Source: Candidatus Nealsonbacteria bacterium (GTDB taxonomy: Bacteria; Patescibacteriota; Minisyncoccia; Minisyncoccales; PWPS01). Taken from it: a stretch of 58,525 nt of DNA. The stretch covers positions 1-58,525 of the forward strand of contig PUMQ01000004.1 in NCBI GenBank assembly GCA_003551435.1. The letters are read 5' to 3'. The notes under the pieces were generated by a model that saw nothing but the letters and a program-made list of their open reading frames with translations, did not search any database and was not told the origin of the DNA. The position numbers and the translations under genes were made by a program. Below are positions 42,580 to 50,394 of the stretch, in pieces (position 1 is the first letter of the stretch; each line of letters opens with the position of its first letter).

Positions 42580-43038
42580 TTATAACTTGGAGAAGTAGAA
42601 GTTGTCTTTTTTCTTCATCTGTCCGAGCTGCGGGTGAACAGTGTTTGAGATAGCATTTTCTTCTCGTCCGGCCTCGTCTTTTTTCAGGACGTCTTTAAAC
42701 AATCTTGTGACGGCCTTAACACGCGCCCTCACATCTTCCCCTGCTTCTCCGTGAGAAACCCACTGATCTTCTCCCTTCTCACTCAATAGCATCACTATGA
42801 CTTTCCCGTTGTTGCTTGACTCGTCAGACTGAACGAGCCGCATGCTTGAGATTTCGGGAGAGAAAAGCTCCATTAAACCTTTTTTAAAGGCCTCGTGGAG
42901 TGCCTCTACGGCGGAGTTTGCTTCGGCTGTGGTTTTTATTTCCTTGCCGTCTTTTTTGATTTTCACAATCACTTGTTGAAAAACGTCCTCATTTTCGTTG
43001 ATATCTGCTATAACGCGAACCTGCTTTACAGAAAACAT
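42580..43038 (-). CDS. Hypothetical protein, possibly resembling the LeuA allosteric (LeuA_dimer) regulatory domain
   Basis: 152 aa with an AGGAGG ribosome-binding site. The pattern V.V...........V.V.....G.E..T.A.....VEAL..A.... then ..G.V.V.L...G...W...G...D...A..KA resembles isopropylmalate synthase regulatory domains. This is a by-eye judgement only. Confidence 0.5.
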   Translation of the reverse strand: MFSVKQVRVIADINENEDVFQQVIVKIKKDGKEIKTTAEANSAVEALHEAFKKGLMELFSPEISSMRLVQSDESSNNGKVIVMLLSEKGEDQWVSHGEAGEDVRARVKAVTRLFKDVLKKDEAGREENAISNTVHPQLGQMKKKDNFYFSKL

Positions 43039-43311
43039 AAATATTCCTCCTTTTTTTTGGAAACAAGTCAGGCCCCTTGTTTTCCTTTTTAGAAAGATCT
43101 TTTCGGCCTGAGGGAGACTAAGAAAGAACCTCTCTCAAGCAAAAAAGAAAACCTCCCGTTTTTTCGGGAGGTTTTGATGAAGTCTATTTATTTATTATGT
43201 TTGTATGCGGCTAAAAAGAAAACCTCCCGAACCTTTCGTAAGGAGAATGATAATAAAGAAGATAATGTTTTGCAGGGAAGTTTTCATAAAATTCCGAAAC
43301 AGTTTTTATAT
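43039..43311 (-). promoter_or_regulatory. ~270-nt leader with mutually exclusive terminator and antiterminator pairings and a 30-codon Ile/Phe/Leu-rich leader ORF
   Basis: On the - strand CGGGAGGTTTT occurs twice (43229-43219 and 43158-43148), around AAAACCTCCCG (43175-43165). The central segment plus the downstream copy form an 11-bp terminator followed by CTTTTTT. The central segment plus the upstream copy form the alternative hairpin. The leader ORF (43287-43195) encodes MKTSLQNIIFFIIILLTKGSGGFLFSRIQT and covers the upstream copy. Confidence 0.5.
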
Positions 43312-43317
43312 TCCGCC

Positions 43318-43345
43318 ATTATATTAATATTTGAAAACTTGTCAA
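43318..43345 (-). promoter_or_regulatory. Consensus promoter (TTGACA-N16-TATAAT) for the leader and the 42580-43038 gene
   Basis: -35 at 43345-43340 and -10 at 43323-43318 on the - strand. Confidence 0.7.
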
Positions 43346-43356
43346 GAGCGAGGCGT

Positions 43357-43385
43357 TTGACAAAAATTATTAAATAGATTATATT
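43357..43385 (+). promoter_or_regulatory. Divergent promoter (TTGACA-N17-TATATT) for the small-gene operon at 43433-44047
   Basis: TTGACA at 43357-62 and TATATT at 43380-85. Its -35 lies 11 nt from the -35 of the opposing promoter. Confidence 0.65.
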
Positions 43386-43432
43386 CCGCTAACTTTTCAT
43401 TGTTTTTATTCTTTTAAAGGAGGGATTTCGCA

Positions 43433-43681
43433 GTGAAAAGATGTAAAGAGTGTGAAAGGAGGGAAGCGACTCGAGGGCTAAATAATATCAACAACATTGG
43501 AAACCTTGAGTTTTGTCCGAACCCCGAGTGTAGAGTTGCCCACATCGTGGGCATGGGGCCTCCTGAAGAGATGATTCACTCTCTTCCAAAACACGAAGAG
43601 GAAAAGAAGATAAAAAACGCTACCGAAAAAGGGTGTTGGGACAAGATTCTGGAAGCACCGTCTTCCCGGAAAACAAAGTAA
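43433..43681 (+). CDS. Small zinc-ribbon-like protein (82 aa)
   Basis: GTG start 7 nt after AGGAGGG. Cysteine pattern CKEC..(21)..CPNPEC. Confidence 0.5.
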   Translation: MKRCKECERREATRGLNNINNIGNLEFCPNPECRVAHIVGMGPPEEMIHSLPKHEEEKKIKNATEKGCWDKILEAPSSRKTK

Positions 43682-43714
43682 TTCTTGAAAAAGAAAGAGG
43701 TGAGAGAAGGGAAT

Positions 43715-43855
43715 ATGGCAAAAAAAAAGAAAGGAGAGATCGAAGAAGGAAGAAAACTGAAAAAAGGGCAAAAAATTCCCAAAGGAAACGGGGAAGCCCT
43801 CTACCGAGAGCTCGGGGCGGCAAAGAAGAAAAACCGAGCTTGCTCTTTAAAGTAG
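43715..43855 (+). CDS. Lys-rich miniprotein (46 aa)
   Basis: MAKKKKGEIEEGRKLKKGQKIPKGNGEALYRELGAAKKKNRACSLK, with a GAAGGG ribosome-binding site. Not in the supplied ORF track because it is under 60 aa. Confidence 0.35.
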   Translation: MAKKKKGEIEEGRKLKKGQKIPKGNGEALYRELGAAKKKNRACSLK

Positions 43856-43885
43856 TGGTAAAATAAAAAGAAAGAAGGAAAGCAG

Positions 43886-44047
43886 GTGCTCAAGAAAGGT
43901 AGACAAGCATTGAGGGAAGAGGACTTAGCTGGGAAAAACGTAATTGTTCTTTGCTGTATGTGCAATAAGAAATCGGTAGCAAAGGTGGAAAAAGGAATGA
44001 CTGCCACCTGTCTGCACTGTAAAGAGCAGGGCAATCTCGCCGGTTAA
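43886..44047 (+). CDS. Small zinc-ribbon-like protein (53 aa)
   Basis: GTG start after an AAGGAAAG ribosome-binding site. Cysteine pattern CCMC..(18)..CLHC. A bidirectional terminator follows. Confidence 0.4.
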   Translation: MLKKGRQALREEDLAGKNVIVLCCMCNKKSVAKVEKGMTATCLHCKEQGNLAG

Positions 44048-44062
44048 GGCCGCTAGTGCCAA

Positions 44063-44088
44063 AAGGCCCCGTAAGAAAAAGGGGCCTT
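44063..44088. terminator. Bidirectional intrinsic terminator
   Basis: AAGGCCCC-(10 nt)-GGGGCCTT, between the convergent 43886-44047 ORF and the CapA-like gene. Confidence 0.7.
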
Positions 44089-44090
44089 TA

Positions 44091-45074
44091 TTAATTCCCG
44101 ACGGTTTCTTCTCTCACAACCCTTGGTTGATAGTATTCATTAAGCTCGTAGTGTATTTTTCTTGCTTTAGTAATTTCTTTTTCTTCAATCTCTATTTCAA
44201 GCAGAAAGCCGCGCATTGTTTCTTTTGAAAAGTACTGGTCAAAAATAAAGTTTCCCAAAGAGTAGGCGATATACTTTCCTTCGTATTTTTCCACCGGCTG
44301 GGTAACATGGGGGTGGTGGCCGATGACAATGTCTGCTCCGTAATCAATCGCTTTTCTGCTTAAAAACTTCTGGTTTTCATTGGGCTCTTTTTGGTACTCG
44401 TCTCCGTAATGAAAAGTGACAACCAGAAAATCAACCTCTTTTTTTGCCTCTTCTATGTCTCTTTTCATATTCTCTTCTGAAAGGTCGGTTACTCCGGACA
44501 GGTTTTTATCGGCAAGAGCGGACGGAAAGAGAAATTCGGTGTATCCCAAAAAACCCACTTTCATCTCTTCTCCCAAGGAAAAAACAGCAGGGGAGTGGGC
44601 CTCTTGTTTATTAAACCCTCCGCCGGTATAGGCGATTCCTTTCTGATTGAGTATTTCCATTGTGTGTTCAAAGGCCTCCCTTGTGTAGTCAAAAGCGTGA
44701 TTGTTAGCAAGAGAAACAATATCAAATCCGGCAAAAGATAGCCCTTCCGCTGCTTCGGGCTCTGCCCTGAAAGAGTAGAGACTTCCCATATCTCTCCCTC
44801 TGTCCGAGATCATGCTCTCTAGGTTGCCAAAAAGAATGTCCGCGGCATGCAGGGTTTCTACAATATGCAGGAAAGGAAAAGAGTAATCTCCTTCTCCGTG
44901 CTTTTCTACCATATGCTTAACGCCCCTATCTAGCATAACGTCTCCCGCAAAGAGAATGGTGTATTTTTCCGGTTCTTTTTCTTTAGCTATCTCTCTAATC
45001 TCTTCCCCAAAAAGAGGGAAAAGAAGAAGGAGAATCACCAGAAGAGCTCCTAAAAAAAGAAAGTATTTTTTCAT
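44091..45074 (-). CDS. CapA-family (PGA_cap) metallophosphatase-like protein
   Basis: N-terminal anchor, then ILFAGDVMLDRGV, GNLE, SLANNHAFDY, IVIGHHPHV. Confidence 0.8.
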   Translation of the reverse strand: MKKYFLFLGALLVILLLLFPLFGEEIREIAKEKEPEKYTILFAGDVMLDRGVKHMVEKHGEGDYSFPFLHIVETLHAADILFGNLESMISDRGRDMGSLYSFRAEPEAAEGLSFAGFDIVSLANNHAFDYTREAFEHTMEILNQKGIAYTGGGFNKQEAHSPAVFSLGEEMKVGFLGYTEFLFPSALADKNLSGVTDLSEENMKRDIEEAKKEVDFLVVTFHYGDEYQKEPNENQKFLSRKAIDYGADIVIGHHPHVTQPVEKYEGKYIAYSLGNFIFDQYFSKETMRGFLLEIEIEEKEITKARKIHYELNEYYQPRVVREETVGN

Positions 45075-45209
45075 ACTGTTTCCATTTTATTTTAAAAAAA
45101 GTGAAAAGTCCACTGTTGATTTTTTTTTCTTTTCCTGTTATAGTACGGGAGCATTGGAGGGGATTTGCTCTTTTCTTTGGTCGAGCATTAATAATCCAAC
45201 GGAAAAATC

Positions 45210-45755
45210 ATGAGTGAAGACTACATTAACCTGGAGAATAAGCCTGAAAAAAAGAAAGATACCGTTTTCTCTATCTTGGTTATCATTCTGGTACTTATTC
45301 TCGTCTTCGGTTTTGTCGCTTTAAGAGAGTATAGCGCAAAAGAGATTCTTTCTACCGCTTCCGAAAGGATAATAGAGCAGGTAGAAGAAAGGTTCCCTCC
45401 TGCAGAAGAAGAGCCCGAAGAAGAGGTGGAAGAAGAAGAGGTGGAAGTGGCTGTACAGAGAGATTATTACACTCAAGAAGCGCAACGTGGAGAGGGATTA
45501 ACCCATCTTGCCAGGCGCGCTTTGACAGATTACATGCAAGAAGAAGAGATCCACCTTACAAGCGAAGAAAGAGTCTATATAGAAGATTACGTGCAAAAGC
45601 GCCTTCCTACACAGAGAGCGGACAGATGGCTTGATTTGGGAGAAGAAGTGGAAATCTCCCGGAATCTTATAGAAGAAGCGGTAAGCCAAGCAGAAATGCT
45701 TACCCCCGCCCAGATAAATAATCTGAGCCAGTACGCCGCCCTGGCCGCTTTTTAA
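45210..45755 (+). CDS. Membrane-anchored acidic hypothetical protein
   Basis: 181 aa with a TM segment at residues ~19-40 and a Glu-rich linker. Confidence 0.45.
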   Translation: MSEDYINLENKPEKKKDTVFSILVIILVLILVFGFVALREYSAKEILSTASERIIEQVEERFPPAEEEPEEEVEEEEVEVAVQRDYYTQEAQRGEGLTHLARRALTDYMQEEEIHLTSEERVYIEDYVQKRLPTQRADRWLDLGEEVEISRNLIEEAVSQAEMLTPAQINNLSQYAALAAF

Positions 45756-45804
45756 GCCTATTTCGCTTTACCGGCCTAAGTCTTTTGCCTTTTGCTGCTT
45801 TAGC

Positions 45805-46419
45805 ATGGACAAGCCTTACTTTATAGAGCTTACGAACAAACTTTACCGTCTCACCTTCTTTTTCCCCGCCAAAGAACCTCTTCGGCAGAAAATAAGAGAG
45901 GTTGGCGACGAAATACTCGCCAATCTGGTCCTTATCTTAGAAGGGGAGTTAAAGGAGAGAAAAGAGGCGGCTTTCGGGGTGGAAAGGAATATTGAGATAC
46001 TGGACGCTCTTTTAGAGCTTAGCAAAGCGCAAAACTGGGTAGAAAGGGAAGAAACGGAGAAATTAAAAAGAATGTATTTGGAAATAAAAAAGGAAGTGGA
46101 GGAATTTAACGATATTTTAAGAAGAAAAACCGCCTTTTATGAGGAAAAAGCGGCTTTGATAGAGAGTGAAAAGGAAGAAAAGAGCGTTGAGCCGAAAAGA
46201 GAGGCTCTTCCCGGGAAGAAAAAAGAAGCCAGCTTAAACGAGAGGCAGAGGAAAATAATTGAAGCTTTAAGGAAAAAAGAAAAAATGCAGGTGCAAGACT
46301 TCCAGAGAGTGCTTCCCAAGATTACCAAAAGAACTTTAAGGAGAGATCTGAGTGCTTTGGTAGACAAAAAAGCGGTGAAAAGATTCGGAAAAGGAAACGT
46401 CACTTACTACACCGTCTGA
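45805..46419 (+). CDS. Hypothetical protein with a C-terminal DeoR-like winged-helix DNA-binding domain
   Basis: The C-terminal LNERQRKIIEALRKKEKMQVQDFQRVLPKITKRTLRRDLSALVDKKAVKRFGKGNVTYY has the DeoR-type HTH pattern. The N-terminus is a helical bundle. Confidence 0.55.
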   Translation: MDKPYFIELTNKLYRLTFFFPAKEPLRQKIREVGDEILANLVLILEGELKERKEAAFGVERNIEILDALLELSKAQNWVEREETEKLKRMYLEIKKEVEEFNDILRRKTAFYEEKAALIESEKEEKSVEPKREALPGKKKEASLNERQRKIIEALRKKEKMQVQDFQRVLPKITKRTLRRDLSALVDKKAVKRFGKGNVTYYTV

Positions 46420-46424
46420 CATTT

Positions 46425-46443
46425 CCAAAGGTCGGGCTTTTGG
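46425..46443. repeat. Degenerate copy of the palindromic repeat (CCAAAGGTCGGGCTTTTGG)
   Basis: Lies 6 nt after the stop of 45805-46419 and shares the AAGGTCGG core. Confidence 0.55.
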
Positions 46444-46465
46444 ATAACTTTAGGAGAGATATCAG

Positions 46466-46542
46466 ATAGGACATAAATTAAGAACAATAGGACAACAATA
46501 GGACAAAGAAAAGGGATTGTTTTTGTCCTATCTCTGTCCTAT
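46466..46542. promoter_or_regulatory. Operator-like array: 3 direct ATAGGACA boxes followed by 2 inverted TGTCCTAT boxes
   Basis: Direct boxes at 46466-73, 46487-94 and 46498-505. Inverted boxes at 46524-31 and 46535-42. Neighbouring boxes are spaced 11 bp apart. The array lies between the wHTH gene and the ECF sigma gene. Confidence 0.55.
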
Positions 46543-46686
46543 TTAAAGACTTGGGCTTTCTTTTACCGCCCGCTTTATTAGAGCATTATAAAGGCAGGGA
46601 TAAAAAAGACTTCTGTTTTTAAAAGCTTCCGGACAAATAGGGAAAATTTTCCGGGAGGACAAACAGGCCAAAGCCGGTAGAAACAA

Positions 46687-47250
46687 ATGTTTAAACGGAG
46701 GGAAAAAAAGATAAAAAAAGAGTTTGAAAAGATTTACGACACCCACATAGAACAGGTGTTCCGTTTTGTTTATCTTAAAGTGGGCTCTAAAGACGATGCG
46801 GAAGATATTACTTCCCGGGTCTTTCTCCAGACGTGGAAGTCGGTGACAAAGGAAAGTCCGGATAAAAAAAGCGCTCCTCTTGAAAATCCTCGCGCTTTTC
46901 TCTACCAGGTGGCGAGAAATCAGGTTATTGATTACTATCGGAAAAACCGCCCCAAAAGAGAAGAAATAGAGGAAAAATCGGCCAAACCGAGGCGCGTTCC
47001 CTTAGAAGAGGCGACAGTTGTCGATAAATCACTGCGTGCCGATGAAAAAGCCCTTCTAGAGTCGGAGATAGAAAGCATAAAAGATGCTCTCGGGAAGCTA
47101 AATGAGGACTACCAGAACGTCATAATCTGGTATTATTTAGATGAGCTGAGCATACCGGAGATAGCGGATCTCTTAGAAAAGCCGGAGGCGTCCGTAAGAG
47201 TTTTAATACACCGTGCCGTGGCCTCCCTTAAAAAACAGCTTAAAAAATAG
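46687..47250 (+). CDS. ECF-type (sigma-70 family group 4) RNA polymerase sigma factor
   Basis: Region 2 is VFRFVYLKVGSKDDAEDITSRVFLQTW..ARNQVIDYYR. Region 4 is LSIPEIADLLEKPEASVRVLIHRAVASLKKQL. Confidence 0.85.
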   Translation: MFKRREKKIKKEFEKIYDTHIEQVFRFVYLKVGSKDDAEDITSRVFLQTWKSVTKESPDKKSAPLENPRAFLYQVARNQVIDYYRKNRPKREEIEEKSAKPRRVPLEEATVVDKSLRADEKALLESEIESIKDALGKLNEDYQNVIIWYYLDELSIPEIADLLEKPEASVRVLIHRAVASLKKQLKK

Positions 47251-47258
47251 AGATATTT

Positions 47259-47311
47259 TTGAAATTTGAAACTTGAAATCGTTTTAAAATTTGAAATTTA
47301 AAATTTAAAAT
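47259..47311. repeat. AT-rich heptanucleotide tandem repeats (TTGAAAT/TTAAAAT, 3 + 4 units)
   Basis: TTGAAAT TTGAAAC TTGAAAT at 47259-79, then TTAAAAT TTGAAAT TTAAAAT TTAAAAT at 47284-311. Confidence 0.8.
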
Positions 47312-47322
47312 TGCCCCGAGGT

Positions 47323-47347
47323 GTAACATTTCGGCCGTTTTTACGTC
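47323..47347 (+). promoter_or_regulatory. ECF-type promoter candidate (GTAAC-N16-CGTC)
   Basis: GTAAC at 47323-27 and CGTC at 47344-47. The AAC-N16-CGT spacing is typical of ECF promoters. It lies 34 nt upstream of ATG 47381. Confidence 0.5.
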
Positions 47348-47380
47348 TCCTAGAAAAGAGAGGCGTTTTATCCGAAATTT

Positions 47381-47950
47381 ATGGAAAAAGAAATCCTCCA
47401 GAAAATCTACAACCTCCGCAAGGTAAAGCCTGACAGTGATTGGGTGGAAAAAACTAAAGAAAGCATCCTTAAAGAAGATGCCGTTTTTGATGGCAGCAGG
47501 TTCTCTTTTTCCGATTACTTTGCTATTCCCGCTTTCCGAAACGGACTTACAGTAGCCGGAGCTTGTGCTTTCCTGCTCGCCTTTGTTATTCTAGCCTTTC
47601 CCCTTCTTCCTTCAAACTACGAGAGCAACTTTGCCTATATCCCCGCGCCGGTAGGAGTGGTAGAAGAAAGAGATAAGGTGAGAGAGGTTTCCGAAGAGGA
47701 CGAAGTGGCGGCCAAGAGAGCGCGACTTGAAGACCCCGTAAGAAGCGAGTATGATCTTTTGATGAGCGTTTACCGCGAGCTTCAGTCGGAGGTTCTGGGA
47801 ACAAGGTTTAATACGGAAGATCCCAAAGAGATGGCTGAAAGGGCGCTTGAAGAGATGAAAGAGATGGGAGTGGACACAAAGCAGGCGGAAGATGCGTTTG
47901 AAGAAGAAGATTACTTTGAAGTTCTTGACATTTATCTTGAACAAGAATAA
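47381..47950 (+). CDS. Single-pass membrane protein, positional candidate anti-sigma factor
   Basis: 189 aa with a central TM segment (LTVAGACAFLLAFVILAFPLL). It sits directly downstream of the ECF sigma gene. No zinc-binding anti-sigma motif is visible. Confidence 0.4.
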   Translation: MEKEILQKIYNLRKVKPDSDWVEKTKESILKEDAVFDGSRFSFSDYFAIPAFRNGLTVAGACAFLLAFVILAFPLLPSNYESNFAYIPAPVGVVEERDKVREVSEEDEVAAKRARLEDPVRSEYDLLMSVYRELQSEVLGTRFNTEDPKEMAERALEEMKEMGVDTKQAEDAFEEEDYFEVLDIYLEQE

Positions 47951-48011
47951 AATCACGGAATATTTAAATGTTTAACAATTCGGAAGTTAGAAGAAGCCAG
48001 TCGTTTTCCAT

Positions 48012-48070
48012 TGTCCTCACACCACACAGGTGGCGTGGGGACTCCCATGCCAGTTTTTGGTGTGAGGACA
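48012..48070 (+). other. Long two-tier hairpin (13-bp perfect stem plus 8-bp apical stem)
   Basis: TGTCCTCACACCA (48012-24) pairs with TGGTGTGAGGACA (48058-70). The apical stem GGCGTGGG-GACT-CCCATGCC (48032-51) has one G.U pair valid only on the + strand. A GAAGGTCGG half-repeat follows at 48072-80. Confidence 0.6.
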
Positions 48071-48198
48071 GGAAGGTCGGCAACGACAGTATTACAAAGA
48101 AGGTTTCCTTAGAAAGCGAGTTTGTTTTCTAAAGGAAGCAGTTGTTGAATTAATAACCTGCAGGACGCGTAATAAAAACGCGCCTGCCAAAAGAAAAA

Positions 48199-50298
48199 AT
48201 GGAAAAACTTACAAAGAAGATTGTTGTCGGTTTGACGGCTCTCGCTCTTTGTTTTTCACTCGCTGTCGTAACGACTGCCGAGAATGACGTGGACTCGGAG
48301 ATTGATGAGATGTGGACCATGCTCAGAGATCTTGCCACGGCGCTTGGCGTTGATATAGACGACGAAGAAGTGGATGACGAAGAGGAAGTAGATGAGCCCA
48401 CAGAAACCGTCGCTATTGCAGGCATTCCGGAGAACTTTACCTTTACCCAAAACCTTGGAGTAGGTTCCAGGGGAACGGATGTAAAGTATCTTCAGATTGT
48501 CCTTAACGCCGATCCTGACACAAGATTGGCGGAAACGGGAGCCGGCTCCCCGGGTAATGAAACCGAATATTTCGGTCCCATTACGCAAGCGGCCGTAAAT
48601 AAGTTCCAAAGCAAGCACGCCGCCGAGGTCTTGACGCCTCTTAACCTTACCGCTCCTACCGGCTTTGTGGGAACGCAAACCAGAGCAAAGCTTAACAGCA
48701 TGCTTGAAGTTGGTGTTGTTGACCCGACAGAGCCCACGGACGAGGTAATGGATATGCTAAAAGACATTATGGCCAGGCTGCAAGCTCTCGAAAAGAAGCT
48801 TGATCCTACAGTCGGAGAAGAAGGAGAACTTAAGGTAACAACGAGAGGTGACATCCGCAACGTTGAAGTTTATGCGGAAGAAACCGAAGATGTTGCCATG
48901 TTCCGTCTTGAAGCTGAAGATTCCGAAGTAACTGTCCAGAGAATTGATGTTTACTTCAATAATCCGACAGACGGTGATCTTACTCATACCACTACCGCTA
49001 CCAACTTCAGAAGCTGGGTTGACCACATGGCAATCAAAGTTGACGGAGAAGTTGTTGCGGAGAGGAATATTACGAGAACCACTGTTGACAGGACCGATGA
49101 AAGAGTTCGCTTCAGTGGGCTTAACATTGTCGTTCCCGAAGATGGACACACCGACTTTGTTGTTGAAGTTACCGCTTCTGATGAAGACAATGATCACTCG
49201 CCTACAGCTACGCAACTTTCTCTCGGATTCCCCGCAGGTAGTGATGCGATTCGCTGGGTTGACACTGCCGGAACCACCGTTTCTACCGACGGTGCTGAAA
49301 GGTGGTTTTACCTGATGGGAGAACCCGACGGAGAACTGGAGATTAGAAGAACTGCCGGCTCTCCTCCGGAAGGAGCAGCTATGGTAAGCACAACCGGTGA
49401 CACCGAAGTTGACCTCTTAGAGTTCAGCATGAAAGCCAAAGATGCTACCGTTGAACTTGAAGAGCTTAAGGTGGAAATTACCGAATCAAGTGCCAGCTTC
49501 ATTAAAACCTACATTCAAGATGTATTCCTTACCGATGGAGACGAAGAGTTCTATGCTACTCTTGAAAAAGATGGTAGCAATTACTATGCCTACTTTGACC
49601 TTGAAGAGTACGAAATAAAGAAAGATGATACAGAGATATTCACCGTTTATGTTGATGTTCTTGAGATTGACATTGAGCATCAAGGAGCCGTTGTAAAGGC
49701 AGTAATTGAAGAAAATCAAGAAGTCGGTTACGACCTTCTTGACCAAGCGGTAAGAACCGACAGGACAATCAGAGGATTTGACCAGCACCTTTATGCTGTT
49801 GCTCCTCTACTTACCTTGGTTGATGGCGATGCTAGCTGGATAGGTGAAGCAGGAACCACTAGCGGTAACGTTGCCATTGAATTCAAGGTAGAAGCTGTCG
49901 GTGGAAGAGTTTACATTCCGGTAGGTGACGATGACAATGTTGTTACCCTTTCAGACGCAGACTTCACAACAGGCACAACTCCGGCAATCAAAAACCTGTT
50001 TGCCCTCAGAGGGTTTGACAAGGCCACTACCCAGGAGATAGAACAAATTACCGGAGGAACGAAGGATACAACCCCGGATTATGAAGATACCACCGCTTAC
50101 GGAGCAACTGACGCCTACGTGATTGAAGAAGGAAGTTCTGCTACCTTTGAACTGTTTGCAGGAGGAACAAACCTCTCGGCAGGAAGAAGGGGTATTGTAA
50201 ACTGGCTCACATGGTTCTTTGAAGACGAAGATGCAAAGTTGCTACCGATGGTGTGGCACGGAGACTTTGTCGATCATTTGAGAACCGACCGTCTGTAA
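48199..50298 (+). CDS. Large secreted protein with an N-terminal peptidoglycan-binding (PG_binding_1-like) domain
   Basis: Signal peptide, acidic linker, then [35 protein letters not shown]. The remaining ~550 aa are Thr/Asp/Glu/Val-rich and beta-type. Confidence 0.6.
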   Translation: MEKLTKKIVVGLTALALCFSLAVVTTAENDVDSEIDEMWTMLRDLATALGVDIDDEEVDDEEEVDEPTETVAIAGIPENFTFTQNLGVGSRGTDVKYLQIVLNADPDTRLAETGAGSPGNETEYFGPITQAAVNKFQSKHAAEVLTPLNLTAPTGFVGTQTRAKLNSMLEVGVVDPTEPTDEVMDMLKDIMARLQALEKKLDPTVGEEGELKVTTRGDIRNVEVYAEETEDVAMFRLEAEDSEVTVQRIDVYFNNPTDGDLTHTTTATNFRSWVDHMAIKVDGEVVAERNITRTTVDRTDERVRFSGLNIVVPEDGHTDFVVEVTASDEDNDHSPTATQLSLGFPAGSDAIRWVDTAGTTVSTDGAERWFYLMGEPDGELEIRRTAGSPPEGAAMVSTTGDTEVDLLEFSMKAKDATVELEELKVEITESSASFIKTYIQDVFLTDGDEEFYATLEKDGSNYYAYFDLEEYEIKKDDTEIFTVYVDVLEIDIEHQGAVVKAVIEENQEVGYDLLDQAVRTDRTIRGFDQHLYAVAPLLTLVDGDASWIGEAGTTSGNVAIEFKVEAVGGRVYIPVGDDDNVVTLSDADFTTGTTPAIKNLFALRGFDKATTQEIEQITGGTKDTTPDYEDTTAYGATDAYVIEEGSSATFELFAGGTNLSAGRRGIVNWLTWFFEDEDAKLLPMVWHGDFVDHLRTDRL

Positions 50299-50342
50299 AG
50301 GCAGACTGAGCTAAACTTCTGAGGTTCCGCCTCGGAAAACCA

Positions 50343-50370
50343 AAAACCCCCGCAAACCAGCGGGGGTTTT
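50343..50370. terminator. Bidirectional intrinsic terminator
   Basis: AAAACCCCCG-(8 nt)-CGGGGGTTTT, a 10-bp stem between convergent genes. Confidence 0.8.
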
Positions 50371-50394
50371 GGTTTCTATGAGAGTAAATAAATT

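Noticed and set aside
43039-43311. T-box riboswitch upstream of the 42580-43038 gene
   Set aside because: There is no T-box sequence (AGGGUGGNACCGCG-like), no specifier-loop or GA-motif architecture, and the downstream gene is not an aminoacyl-tRNA synthetase or biosynthetic gene.
43174-43377. 67-aa + strand ORF
   Set aside because: It runs antisense through the leader terminators and across both divergent promoters. It has no ribosome-binding site and is probably spurious.
46543-46746. 67-aa minus-strand ORF overlapping the start of the sigma factor gene
   Set aside because: It overlaps the ECF sigma gene start and the operator-like boxes, and it has no ribosome-binding site or recognisable motif.
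47973-48005. Second ECF-type promoter upstream of the PG-binding protein gene
   Set aside because: It shares TAACAATTCGG with the 47324 site, but the nearest CGT lies 25 nt from AAC rather than 16-17 nt, so the spacing does not fit an ECF promoter.
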